Shown here one piece after another: positions 46,746 through 56,083 of a stretch of DNA of 64,000 bases. The first letter of the stretch is position 1; every line of letters starts with the position of its first letter. This stretch comes from a virus. The stretch is from the IMG/VR virus record IMGVR_UViG_3300033146_001182, positions 24,776-88,775 of that record; one strand, 5' to 3'. Position numbers and translations under genes: made by a program. The notes under the pieces were generated by a model. It had not been told where the DNA came from, made no database searches, and worked only from the letters and a program-made list of their open reading frames with translations.

Positions 46746-47453
46746 GTTAGTACCACAATTACTACAATATGATGATGAAGATTTATTAATATTACCACAT
46801 ACATCACATTTAATTTTTCGTTTAACAGTCAATGGTTTCTCAACTTCAACTCCATTCACATCACCTTTAAGTTGTAATACAATAGAATGTACCGTTGATT
46901 CTAATGTTCCAATATCACCATAAACAAACTTCTGTGTACTTTCTGATCCTTTTGTGGTGATTCCATTGTCATTAGACCGTAAAGAAGTAGTATTATAAAC
47001 CGATGGATCACATGTATAAAATCCATCCAAATCACCATAATACTTATTAACCCAAGGATTATCAGTATAAGTAATATGAGGACATACTGTTGGTTGACAA
47101 TATTTTACTTCTTCAAATTGATATGTAACTCTGATTATCCCATCATCAATCTTATCGCCTCTATGATTTGATATTTGTGAAGTTTTTTCAATAAACTTAA
47201 ATCTAGGTCCTTTTGATAAATCTCCATCAATTACATATCGTTCAAGATCTATTGATTGATTTGGTGACAACAATAAAGCAGAAATAACCGTTTCACCGTC
47301 AATTTCAACTTGAATTTGTGCCTTTTGTGTACTAAGATTTTTGAGTAGAATTGAATATTCTTCTCCGAATGGCAAGAAAACAGTATCACCCTGTTCCCTC
47401 ATGATCTTCCCTTTGCACTTTACGCTTGTTACTAATTTTTGATTATACATCAT
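46728..47453 (-). CDS. Conserved phage protein with C-terminal zinc ribbon
   Basis: LPFGEEYSILLKN, RFKFIEKT..I..HRG, CDVCG...CSNCG. Confidence 0.7.
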   Translation of the reverse strand: MMYNQKLVTSVKCKGKIMREQGDTVFLPFGEEYSILLKNLSTQKAQIQVEIDGETVISALLLSPNQSIDLERYVIDGDLSKGPRFKFIEKTSQISNHRGDKIDDGIIRVTYQFEEVKYCQPTVCPHITYTDNPWVNKYYGDLDGFYTCDPSVYNTTSLRSNDNGITTKGSESTQKFVYGDIGTLESTVHSIVLQLKGDVNGVEVEKPLTVKRKIKCDVCGNINKSSSSYCSNCGTNLTYQY

Positions 47454-47470
47454 AGTTCCTTTCTCCTTAT

Positions 47471-47524
47471 ATCCGTACTGACTAAACGGATGAGTATTTT
47501 TCTTAAAGTCAGTTTGAGTAAAAA
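47471..47524 (-). promoter_or_regulatory. Two-hairpin kissing-loop/pseudoknot in 5' UTR
   Basis: ACTGACT in hairpin 1 is complementary to loop AGTCAGT of hairpin ATCCGT/ACGGAT, immediately before the AAGGAG RBS. Confidence 0.6.
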
Positions 47525-47528
47525 CTAC

Positions 47529-48089
47529 TTAATATCCTTCATAAATAATATCCCATTTCAATGGTTCATTATTAAGAATATGATTATATGCTACAGCCAT
47601 ATTAACATGTCGTTTTTCTTTTAATATAAATGTCATTGGTTTTCCTTTATCAGAACCCTTTGTCAATTTACTAAAAATCTGTTTATTTGCCATAGTAAAA
47701 TTATTCTTACCAGAAGAACTATTAAATTTCATTGCAACAGTTCCATTTTGTTTCAATTCAACAAAACTATTACCATCTTTGTATAAAATAGCTTCTTGAT
47801 TATATTTTTTACATAATTGTAGGGCTTCTTCTTTTTTAATATTTGGAACAAGAAATGATTTCTCTTTACCAATAAAACCATCTTCATATTCCCATTGTGA
47901 TTCAAATTCAATTAAACCATAACCCATTGATCTAATTTCATTATGTAATTTAATATGATTTCTCTTATCTTGTTTTGGGTCATCACCTTGATAAGCAGAA
48001 ATAACAGCAAAAACAGAATCTTTGTTTTCTACATGTTGCCATATTCTACTTAATGAACTTTCTACTAAATATTCTCTAATTTTAGACAT
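47529..48089 (-). CDS. Putative internal head protein (DUF3293-like), paralog A
   Basis: MSKIREYLVESSLSRIWQH; AVISAY...KYNQEAIL. Confidence 0.6.
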   Translation of the reverse strand: MSKIREYLVESSLSRIWQHVENKDSVFAVISAYQGDDPKQDKRNHIKLHNEIRSMGYGLIEFESQWEYEDGFIGKEKSFLVPNIKKEEALQLCKKYNQEAILYKDGNSFVELKQNGTVAMKFNSSSGKNNFTMANKQIFSKLTKGSDKGKPMTFILKEKRHVNMAVAYNHILNNEPLKWDIIYEGY

Positions 48090-48723
48090 TATCCAATTCC
48101 TTACTATAATAAGATGCCATGATTGCATTTGAACCAGAACTAAATCCAAGACCATCAATGGTGGTGGTCATTTCAAATATCATTGGTCTTCCATTTACAT
48201 ATGATGTGTAAAATGGAGAATCATACCCTATTTTACCTTTATTAAATACCATTGTTTGTCCTATTTTTATATCATTATTAGGACATTTATTTGTACCAAT
48301 TAAATATGCTTTATCTTCACCTTTAATTGAACCTTTTGGTATATATAAAATTGAATCTTGATCATATTTTTTACCCAATTTTATTAATACATTCTTCAAT
48401 TTTCCAGTTTGTTTACTATCAATTACAAAAAATGAAATCTCTTTAACAGGTACGCCACCTTCGGGATATGTACCAACCATTTTTATTGATCCTGAAAATC
48501 CTTCTTTAATAAGGTCTGCCATTAAAGCCTTACTTCTTTTATTATTTTCAGATTTACTAATTTTAACAGGTTGTTTATCGGAAAAACTTGGTTCGGCATT
48601 TTCCATATAACCACAATTAGTATATTGTCTAAATGCAGTTATAACACCACAATCATATTTTTCATTATGTCGCCAAATTCTACTTAATGAACTTTCAGTT
48701 AAGTAATTTCTAATTTTAGACAT
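48082..48723 (-). CDS. Putative internal head protein (DUF3293-like), paralog B
   Basis: MSKIRNYLTESSLSRIWRH; VITAFR...KYDQDSIL. Confidence 0.6.
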   Translation of the reverse strand: MSKIRNYLTESSLSRIWRHNEKYDCGVITAFRQYTNCGYMENAEPSFSDKQPVKISKSENNKRSKALMADLIKEGFSGSIKMVGTYPEGGVPVKEISFFVIDSKQTGKLKNVLIKLGKKYDQDSILYIPKGSIKGEDKAYLIGTNKCPNNDIKIGQTMVFNKGKIGYDSPFYTSYVNGRPMIFEMTTTIDGLGFSSGSNAIMASYYSKELDNV

Positions 48724-48868
48724 TATTATCTTCTTTCCAAATACTATGACATCTTGGACAAAGATTGATTTGAACAGGGAAATCAATTTCCCTGTTCCAC
48801 CCATAAAATTTTACTTTAATAGGATTACTTGTTTTTCCACTACACATTTGACAAATAACTTTTTTCAT
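48716..48868 (-). CDS. Small Zn-finger protein (50 aa, not in ORF track)
   Basis: MKKVICQMC...LCPRCH. Confidence 0.55.
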   Translation of the reverse strand: MKKVICQMCSGKTSNPIKVKFYGWNREIDFPVQINLCPRCHSIWKEDNNV

Positions 48869-48870
48869 AA

Positions 48871-49482
48871 TTATAACCTTTTAGAAATATCAACCCTGTT
48901 AAACCACCCACGAGCATATTTCTCCTGTGTTGGAGATTTTTTCATATACTCAATATAATGATTACCTTGTAAAACATTTATTATTTTAATCAATAAATCT
49001 ATTGTATCATTTTCCATATAGGTTTGTAAACATTTATGTGTATTTTTTCCATACATACCATCTTCAACTTGATCTGGATATAACTGTTGGTTTCTATTTA
49101 ACACATTTAATGCAATTTGTAAAAATTTAACTGCTCTACCAACACCCATATTTACAGATGTATCAAACATTTCTAATGCCAATCCATATGGCATTTCATC
49201 CCCACGGTATGGATCAAAATATGATAATTTATAAAAAGTTTTAACTCTAATATTTAATTCAATTGTTTTTTCATTTACCTCATTTAAGTTATCAGGAAAT
49301 CCAACACTACTTGTACATTTATCAGGATTTTTCATTTCATCAATAATTACCCAACCTGTCCAAGATGGATTATATTTTTTTGATATACCTTTATATGTCT
49401 CACCACCAACATCATCTGGATCAAATGTATATCCACCTTCATGTTTCATAGTATGATGATAGGCATCTAAAAAATAACTCAT
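48871..49482 (-). CDS. Endolysin, glycoside hydrolase family 108 with peptidoglycan-binding domain
   Basis: HEGGY..DPDDVGGETYKGI, FDTSVNMG, LQ.ALN, DG.YG, RGWFNR. Confidence 0.92.
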   Translation of the reverse strand: MSYFLDAYHHTMKHEGGYTFDPDDVGGETYKGISKKYNPSWTGWVIIDEMKNPDKCTSSVGFPDNLNEVNEKTIELNIRVKTFYKLSYFDPYRGDEMPYGLALEMFDTSVNMGVGRAVKFLQIALNVLNRNQQLYPDQVEDGMYGKNTHKCLQTYMENDTIDLLIKIINVLQGNHYIEYMKKSPTQEKYARGWFNRVDISKRL

Positions 49483-49494
49483 ATAATACCTCTA

Positions 49495-49788
49495 TTATTC
49501 CTTTTCTTTAATATGACATCCAGTACATGTAACAGGTGCATTTCCACCAGCAGTTTTATGACAAGTTTTACACACTTTATGTCCAAAGTCTTTAGTTACT
49601 CCACCATAAGTATTTAACAAATCATGACATTGTTCACATTTATTAGATAAAGAGGCATGAATCTTATGATTAAATGTTACTGTTCCTCTTCCTACATATG
49701 TACGAGTAAAATCCACATCATCAGTAGCATAACCAATTGTTGAAATAACCATTACCAACACCATTAAAATTACCATCATTTTTTTCAT
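49495..49788 (-). CDS. Periplasmic triheme cytochrome c7 (PpcA family)
   Basis: Signal peptide; GTVTFNHKIH; three CxxCH (CEQCH, CKTCH, CTGCH) plus three distal His. Confidence 0.9.
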   Translation of the reverse strand: MKKMMVILMVLVMVISTIGYATDDVDFTRTYVGRGTVTFNHKIHASLSNKCEQCHDLLNTYGGVTKDFGHKVCKTCHKTAGGNAPVTCTGCHIKEKE

Positions 49789-49884
49789 AATATTTCTCCT
49801 TTGTTTAATTTGATACCTATATTTAACATCAAATTAAATCATATGTAAACCAAAACAACCCGACATCTACCTACATTGATACCG

Positions 49885-50079
49885 TTATTTCAATAATACA
49901 CCCAAAACCTTCTTAATTAACTTCTTAAACCCTTCCCAATCGTTATTATTAAGAAACTTCTCCATTTTATTAATATCTTCCTCAGATGCCTTTTTATAAA
50001 ATTTGGTCATCTCTTCAAATCCAATATTCCCTGAATATGATGCTTCTTCAATTTTCTCAACATAATCATTAAACTTCAT
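49885..50079 (-). CDS. Putative internal head protein
   Basis: Leader MKFNDYVEKIEE. Confidence 0.6.
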   Translation of the reverse strand: MKFNDYVEKIEEASYSGNIGFEEMTKFYKKASEEDINKMEKFLNNNDWEGFKKLIKKVLGVLLK

Positions 50080-50088
50080 TGTTATCTC

Positions 50089-50925
50089 CTATACATTAGC
50101 TAATATATATTTCATTTTTCCCCAAGTAGGAATATTCTGCATTCCTTTTGGTAATAATTTCTCTCTATGTAACCTACTAACAAATGATTTTATAAATGTA
50201 TTAAATTCTTCTTCATTTCTAAAATTATTAAAATTAGAAACAAAACTTGCTTTCGTCTTAAAAAATGTTTCCCAATTTAATTTATCAAACTCTCGTTTTC
50301 CTAATTCTCTTCTAATAACTTTCATGGCATGTATTTGAGAATTAACCTCAAATTCAGTATGGTTAACATCATTATGTTTACCTTTAATTGAACCAAACTC
50401 TCCTCGTTCAGCTGCCATTGCAAATTTATTTTCCATATGATTATTATGAAGACTATCATCTATCCAATGAGTTAATTCATGAATGATTGTTCCTTTGAAC
50501 GCTGGAATGGAAAACTCAGATAAAAATCTATCAAATTGTTTACCTAAAAATCCTTTAAGATTATCAACATCACCCTTATTTTTTAATACAAGATCTAATG
50601 CACCAGAATGAATTGATATTTGAATAATTTTATTTTTAATGTCATAATAACTTCCTGTTGGGTACGAACCTATTCTAATTTTAACAGGATTTATTTTATG
50701 AGCTTGTTTACTATTTCTATTTTTCAATTGACTTGAATCAGTCTTAAAAAATGTCACTCCACCATTGAATGGTTGTTTAGTTTTAATAAAATTAAATATT
50801 CCATTAAAATCTTTATTTTTTACATAATTAAATAATTCATCTACTTTAGAATTTTTATATAAAAAATCTACATCTTTATCTAATGCAAATGTTTTCTCTG
50901 TCAAATAATTCAACAACCTACTCAT
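50089..50925 (-). CDS. Putative virion-packaged zincin-like metallopeptidase
   Basis: IIHELTHWID (HExxH) plus downstream EVNS; leader MSRLLNYLTE. Confidence 0.6.
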   Translation of the reverse strand: MSRLLNYLTEKTFALDKDVDFLYKNSKVDELFNYVKNKDFNGIFNFIKTKQPFNGGVTFFKTDSSQLKNRNSKQAHKINPVKIRIGSYPTGSYYDIKNKIIQISIHSGALDLVLKNKGDVDNLKGFLGKQFDRFLSEFSIPAFKGTIIHELTHWIDDSLHNNHMENKFAMAAERGEFGSIKGKHNDVNHTEFEVNSQIHAMKVIRRELGKREFDKLNWETFFKTKASFVSNFNNFRNEEEFNTFIKSFVSRLHREKLLPKGMQNIPTWGKMKYILANV

Positions 50926-51467
50926 TTTGATTCTCCATGTGGAATATGATAAAAGTATTTATCTAAAGTTGATTGTTGAATTATTCTAACACCTAACTTA
51001 AAATTAAAAAAATTCTTAACAGTAAAAGATGAAACATCGTAAGTTAATTTATTTCTATATTTATATATATTTAATAATGATTTTATATACTTAGATTGTC
51101 TTATTCCTCTTATAAAAAATAATGATCTACTTTCTGTTACAACATTATTGTTACTAAATTTTTTATTAAGAAAATATTCCAAATCAATCATCATATCATA
51201 AAAAATTACATCAACATCAATGTATATACCACCTAATTCATATAAAATAAGTAATCGTAAATAATCACATTTTATGGCAGTTTCTTGCCATTTTTCAAAT
51301 TCAATAACTTTTAACGAATAAAACTTATCATAATAATTATAGTGTTTAAGAAAATAATTACATTCATCCGTATCAAATAATTTGTAATTTAATTTATCTG
51401 TTATATGTTTATTTCTTATAATATAATCATCAAATTTATTTGTATTATAATTTATTTGGAATATCAT
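50922..51467 (-). CDS. Glycosyltransferase (GT32/DXD family)
   Basis: CDYLRLLILYELGGIYIDVD. Confidence 0.88.
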   Translation of the reverse strand: MIFQINYNTNKFDDYIIRNKHITDKLNYKLFDTDECNYFLKHYNYYDKFYSLKVIEFEKWQETAIKCDYLRLLILYELGGIYIDVDVIFYDMMIDLEYFLNKKFSNNNVVTESRSLFFIRGIRQSKYIKSLLNIYKYRNKLTYDVSSFTVKNFFNFKLGVRIIQQSTLDKYFYHIPHGESK

Positions 51468-52003
51468 TTTAATGACTCTATTGCAATTCGTTCTTCCCCA
51501 TAAAAATTAATAAATCCTTTATTTTTTAATAATGTTTTATACAACACATATTCTTTATTATATGGAAAACAAAATGAAATAGGTTTGATATTATTAGAGT
51601 TAAATGACTTAATCATAAGATCAATATCTTCTGATAATTTTTTATGAATATTAACTATTTTTTCGTTTTTCAATCTTAAATGATTAAATCCATGTCCACC
51701 TATTTCACATCCATGATTCTTTAATAAATGTATTTGAGTCCATTTCATATAATTAGTTTTATCACCGTTATTAAAAAACTTTTTATGTGCATCTGAACAA
51801 GAAGGAAATGAAGAACTTTGTATTTCATTTTCACCACAAACAATACCAGAACTAATAAAAAATATCATTGGTTTATTAAATTGTAAAAAATGTTCATAAA
51901 ATACAAATTGAGAATATAATCCATCATCAAATGTAATTATATCAAAATCAGATAAATCCAATTTTAACATCCAATTTCTTATTTCATGTATCATTAATAT
52001 CAT
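51464..52003 (-). CDS. Polysaccharide deacetylase (CE4/NodB-like)
   Basis: ITFDDG, EIGGHGFNH, FCFPY. Confidence 0.88.
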   Translation of the reverse strand: MILMIHEIRNWMLKLDLSDFDIITFDDGLYSQFVFYEHFLQFNKPMIFFISSGIVCGENEIQSSSFPSCSDAHKKFFNNGDKTNYMKWTQIHLLKNHGCEIGGHGFNHLRLKNEKIVNIHKKLSEDIDLMIKSFNSNNIKPISFCFPYNKEYVLYKTLLKNKGFINFYGEERIAIESLK

Positions 52004-52641
52004 TATAATCTCTTATATACCAATCTACATAATTCACCATACTTATATCCAAAAATATTTCCAATATATCCATTGAAATTTCTAATGCCATTGATACTAC
52101 AAGGATGAGTGTCATCAGATTTTATTTCAGTTTTATACCAATTGCACCATTCTAATTTTTGATCAATATAATCAGTAATGTCAATACAAACATTATAATC
52201 AGAAACATTAAATCCCCATTGAGATGAAGCTGGAACAGCAAATTGATATAATTCCTTTACCGAACTATTACTCATTGGACGACAAGCAACTTTAGTAGCA
52301 TTTGCAACTATTACATGATCCTGATGTATATCAGTCTCAGAATTAGAAAATACCACATCTGGACGGAAACTTTGAATTTCATCTAAAATAATAGAATTAA
52401 TTTTAACAAAATCTTGTTTGTCTAATGATAAATCAAAATAACTACAAATATCACAATCAACGCCCAACTCAGACATTATCTTAAAATATGTTGATATTCT
52501 ATCTTTTTGATCATCACTTTCATATCTACCGTGACATAATGTTAACACTTTAACTTCATGTTCTCTGGAAAACTTAAATATTGAACCACCAAATCCAAAC
52601 ATTTCATCATCCATATGAGCACAAACAACTAATATCTTCAT
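52003..52641 (-). CDS. PIG-L/LmbE family N-deacetylase
   Basis: AHMDDE, RPDVVF, DIHQDH. Confidence 0.9.
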   Translation of the reverse strand: MKILVVCAHMDDEMFGFGGSIFKFSREHEVKVLTLCHGRYESDDQKDRISTYFKIMSELGVDCDICSYFDLSLDKQDFVKINSIILDEIQSFRPDVVFSNSETDIHQDHVIVANATKVACRPMSNSSVKELYQFAVPASSQWGFNVSDYNVCIDITDYIDQKLEWCNWYKTEIKSDDTHPCSINGIRNFNGYIGNIFGYKYGELCRLVYKRL

Positions 52642-53546
52642 ATCATAGACCTCACAATATCCGTTAAATCATATCTACATTTGTAATATTTTTGTATCTT
52701 TGTTGTATCTGGTTTTCTTTCATATATCTCACCAAACTGATCAGAAAACTTATCATTATAATTAATGTGTCTAACAAATGATAGTGAATCAACAATCCTA
52801 ATTACATTTTCTGCCAGATCATTGATTGTATAACAGTTCAACATATTTCCTATATTATATACTTCTCCATTATGTTTGTCATCCACCATCAATATTTTTA
52901 ACATCTCAATTGCATCTCTAATGTCACAAAAAGTCCGATATTGATAACCATCACCATATATTATAATATCTTCATCATTTTTTGCATAGTTAACAAATTT
53001 AGGTAATACCATACCAGAATTAATACTTTGTCCTTTACCTGTTATATTAAAAAATCTTACTATAACATGAGGGAAATTATAAGATTTTAACAAAAACTCT
53101 GACATCAATTTAGAACAAGCATATCCCCACCTCAACTTATCTGGTGAACCAATCTTTAATACATCCGTTTCTTTTGCCAATTTCGTATCACCATATACCT
53201 CAGAAGAACTTGAATATATAACCTTAACTCCATATTCATCAAATAACGGAAACAAAATATTATTAATAAACAATGAATTCTGTAATGATAATTTTGGATT
53301 TTTATCAATATATTCAACACCAACAGATGAAGCAAAATGAAAAACAATATCAGTTTCAGCCAAAATTAATTTGATACATCTTAACTCCAATTCACTCGGA
53401 CAAGATAAATCTATATCAAAATAATCAACACCTGAAATGTGATTTGATATTACTGAATCAATAACAACAATATTATGATGAAGTGATAAATCTAAAGCCA
53501 AAGACTTACCAATAAATCCACAACCACCTGTAATCAATATATTCAT
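52638..53546 (-). CDS. NAD-dependent nucleotide-sugar epimerase/dehydratase/decarboxylase
   Basis: ITGGCGFIG, SSSEVYG, RWGYACSK (YxxxK), RFFN. Confidence 0.92.
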   Translation of the reverse strand: MNILITGGCGFIGKSLALDLSLHHNIVVIDSVISNHISGVDYFDIDLSCPSELELRCIKLILAETDIVFHFASSVGVEYIDKNPKLSLQNSLFINNILFPLFDEYGVKVIYSSSSEVYGDTKLAKETDVLKIGSPDKLRWGYACSKLMSEFLLKSYNFPHVIVRFFNITGKGQSINSGMVLPKFVNYAKNDEDIIIYGDGYQYRTFCDIRDAIEMLKILMVDDKHNGEVYNIGNMLNCYTINDLAENVIRIVDSLSFVRHINYNDKFSDQFGEIYERKPDTTKIQKYYKCRYDLTDIVRSMI

Positions 53547-54172
53547 TTGTACTCCTTAAAAGCATCAAATGTATCAAGACAATGATAATTAGACCATTTA
53601 CCATCATTATTCATTATATGATAATTAGGTAATCCACTTAATACAACTAATCCATGAGCTGCTTTAGCTGGTGTCATGTTCATATGATAACCAACTATAT
53701 TATCTTTATCATTCTCAGTATCTTTATACACATCTCTTCCATCCCACGATAATCTTCTAAGATAATTATATTCATCCTCATCATCAAGTAAAATACAACC
53801 ACCTTTATCTATATTAAGAATCTTTTGTGAATGAAAACTACAACATACTCTAGTTCCTTCATGATACATACCACGATAAAACATTACGGCACTATCAATA
53901 ATATTTGTTTCACCTAATATATAACATTGATACCATTCTCTATGTTTTAATTTAGGTCTATGTCCTGATAATATAATTTGTTGTGGAACTGACATATATG
54001 TTTGGTTAGGGATTTCTATAACTGTATTCTTTTCAATAAGACCAAATCTATTTTTATACTCCAAACATAAAAATATAGCATTAGTACAAGAATCAGTTAA
54101 TACACAATAAGGTGCGCCTGTATATTTACATAATTCTTGTTCAAACCTTTTCAATAATTCATTACTATTCAT
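53543..54172 (-). CDS. DegT/DnrJ/StrS PLP aminotransferase (short form)
   Basis: FEQEL, DSCTNAI, IDSA, SFHSQKILNIDKGG (PLP Lys), GYHMNM. Confidence 0.85.
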   Translation of the reverse strand: MNSNELLKRFEQELCKYTGAPYCVLTDSCTNAIFLCLEYKNRFGLIEKNTVIEIPNQTYMSVPQQIILSGHRPKLKHREWYQCYILGETNIIDSAVMFYRGMYHEGTRVCCSFHSQKILNIDKGGCILLDDEDEYNYLRRLSWDGRDVYKDTENDKDNIVGYHMNMTPAKAAHGLVVLSGLPNYHIMNNDGKWSNYHCLDTFDAFKEYK

Positions 54173-54995
54173 TTTGTTTAAGTTCCCATTTTTTATATAA
54201 TAATTTTTCTTTAACTCTATTATAATTAGTTTTGTCATAAACTAAATGTTCGTGCCAAAAATATACATTCTTTAATTGTTCATTAGTAAAATGTTTAATT
54301 GATGTATAACCTTCTCCTATTTGATATTTTTGTATACCAACAACATCAATCAATTTGTTACTGTATATTTTATCCATAATATATTCTTCAAGAAAATATT
54401 CACCTGTTTTATTTTTTATCTTCTCCCATTCAAAATCAATTTCACCTTCAATAATTTTCATCGTTTCAATAAAAAGTAATTCATAAAAATTATCTAATCT
54501 TTTTGATATAATAAATCCAGTATCAAAACAAGCATCTGAATTCATTACTATCCTATCAAACAAAGAATGTTCATCATATTGACCACAAATAACACTATCA
54601 GAAAATACCATTTCTTTCGGTAATGGTTTAATTAAATTCATATCCAAATCAATTTTAATTAAAATATCTTCTTTTAATATATTCTCATATAACATACCAA
54701 CAAAGGGTATATTAATAAAACCAGAAGTAAAAGTTTCTGTAATGGAATGATACTTTTCTGTATATATAACCCCTAATTCCTTAAACTTTTCTTTAGTTTC
54801 TTCCGTAATGGTATTATGTGTTGGACAATAAGAATAAATTGGAATATCTTTCAGCCAACCACCATTCTTTCTCCAATTCTCAAAACATAATATGGCTTCT
54901 TGTTCAAATAATCTCTTTCCACCATAAACAATTCCATTATCATCATTAAGATTATTATTATCACCTTCAATCGCTGTTATAAGTGCTATCTTCAT
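54165..54995 (-). CDS. Glycosyltransferase (GT-A, GT8-like)
   Basis: IKIDLDM (DxD), FDTGFI. Confidence 0.6.
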   Translation of the reverse strand: MKIALITAIEGDNNNLNDDNGIVYGGKRLFEQEAILCFENWRKNGGWLKDIPIYSYCPTHNTITEETKEKFKELGVIYTEKYHSITETFTSGFINIPFVGMLYENILKEDILIKIDLDMNLIKPLPKEMVFSDSVICGQYDEHSLFDRIVMNSDACFDTGFIISKRLDNFYELLFIETMKIIEGEIDFEWEKIKNKTGEYFLEEYIMDKIYSNKLIDVVGIQKYQIGEGYTSIKHFTNEQLKNVYFWHEHLVYDKTNYNRVKEKLLYKKWELKQNE

Positions 54996-55003
54996 ATTAC
55001 CTC

Positions 55004-56083
55004 TTAATAATAAATATATTCATCTTCACGATTCAAATCTAATGTACTGCAATGTATACCACCACCAAATATTTCACCATGATTTAATTCTATTTCTATA
55101 ACATTAAAACCATTTTTACTTAAAATCTCCTTTACACCCAATGCACGATTATTAACAACAACCGTGTTTTCATCTATAGATAATACATTTATATCCATAC
55201 CTCTTGATGATGCCAATCTTACATCAATATCTGTCATACCTTTTATATCAATATTTTTTGTGAGATCATCTGGAAACAACAAATCCCAATTCTTAAATTT
55301 ATTAGGAATATACTCTTTTATATTAGGATATTTTGGGTCAACTAAAAATTTACCTTCACATAAACAACATAATACGCCATCTATATGATTGTCAGCTAAT
55401 CCATACATAGGATGAAATGTTGAATCTGGATATAATGACTCAATCCACTTATATCCAAGATATTGATTATATGAAGAAATATTAACAATAACATCTCTAC
55501 CAATTCGTAAAAATTGAGCACCATCTATTGCCATATCATATAAACTTGAATCAAAATTATCATAATCTCTTGTAACAGTCCAATCTTCCAAATCCATTCT
55601 ATCTTCTACTAAAGATGTATGAGGAGCTTTTATCCATTGTCCACCTTTACCATTATTATAAAATTTATTATAGATATTATATAATGAAATATTTTCAAAA
55701 TATCTATTCCTAACAAATACTGGTGTTTCAATTATTTTATTTTGATATACAATACTAACATCCCTAACATTTGATGCACTTGACAATACAGAATCAAATG
55801 TTGGAGTTTTGAACTTAATAATTTTTTTAATGGTATCTGGTCGGTATACATTAATACCATATTGTCTTAATGTATCAGATAAATCATCCAATTCCTTATT
55901 TCTTTGTTCTATCAAATCTAATCTTACATTATATGATTTAATTGGTTCGTCATATACTGTTTGTTTTAATGATTCTTTATAAAATGTTCTAAATGTTATA
56001 TCTGATATTCTTATTGTAAGTTCTAATTCTCTTCCTACTATAACATCTTTTAATTTACCAAAACTTGTATTTGAATTTATCAT
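55004..56083 (-). CDS. Amidinotransferase (glycine / inosamine-phosphate StrB1 family)
   Basis: FGKLKDVIVG, VRD, DGAQFLRIGRD, HIDG, INVLSID, FGGGIHCSTLDL (Cys-His-Asp triad). Confidence 0.9.
   Translation of the reverse strand: MINSNTSFGKLKDVIVGRELELTIRISDITFRTFYKESLKQTVYDEPIKSYNVRLDLIEQRNKELDDLSDTLRQYGINVYRPDTIKKIIKFKTPTFDSVLSSASNVRDVSIVYQNKIIETPVFVRNRYFENISLYNIYNKFYNNGKGGQWIKAPHTSLVEDRMDLEDWTVTRDYDNFDSSLYDMAIDGAQFLRIGRDVIVNISSYNQYLGYKWIESLYPDSTFHPMYGLADNHIDGVLCCLCEGKFLVDPKYPNIKEYIPNKFKNWDLLFPDDLTKNIDIKGMTDIDVRLASSRGMDINVLSIDENTVVVNNRALGVKEILSKNGFNVIEIELNHGEIFGGGIHCSTLDLNREDEYIYY

Noticed and set aside
48716-48868. CxxCH (CPRCH) as a heme-binding site
   Set aside because: No signal peptide, and paired with an N-terminal CxxC, so more likely a zinc finger
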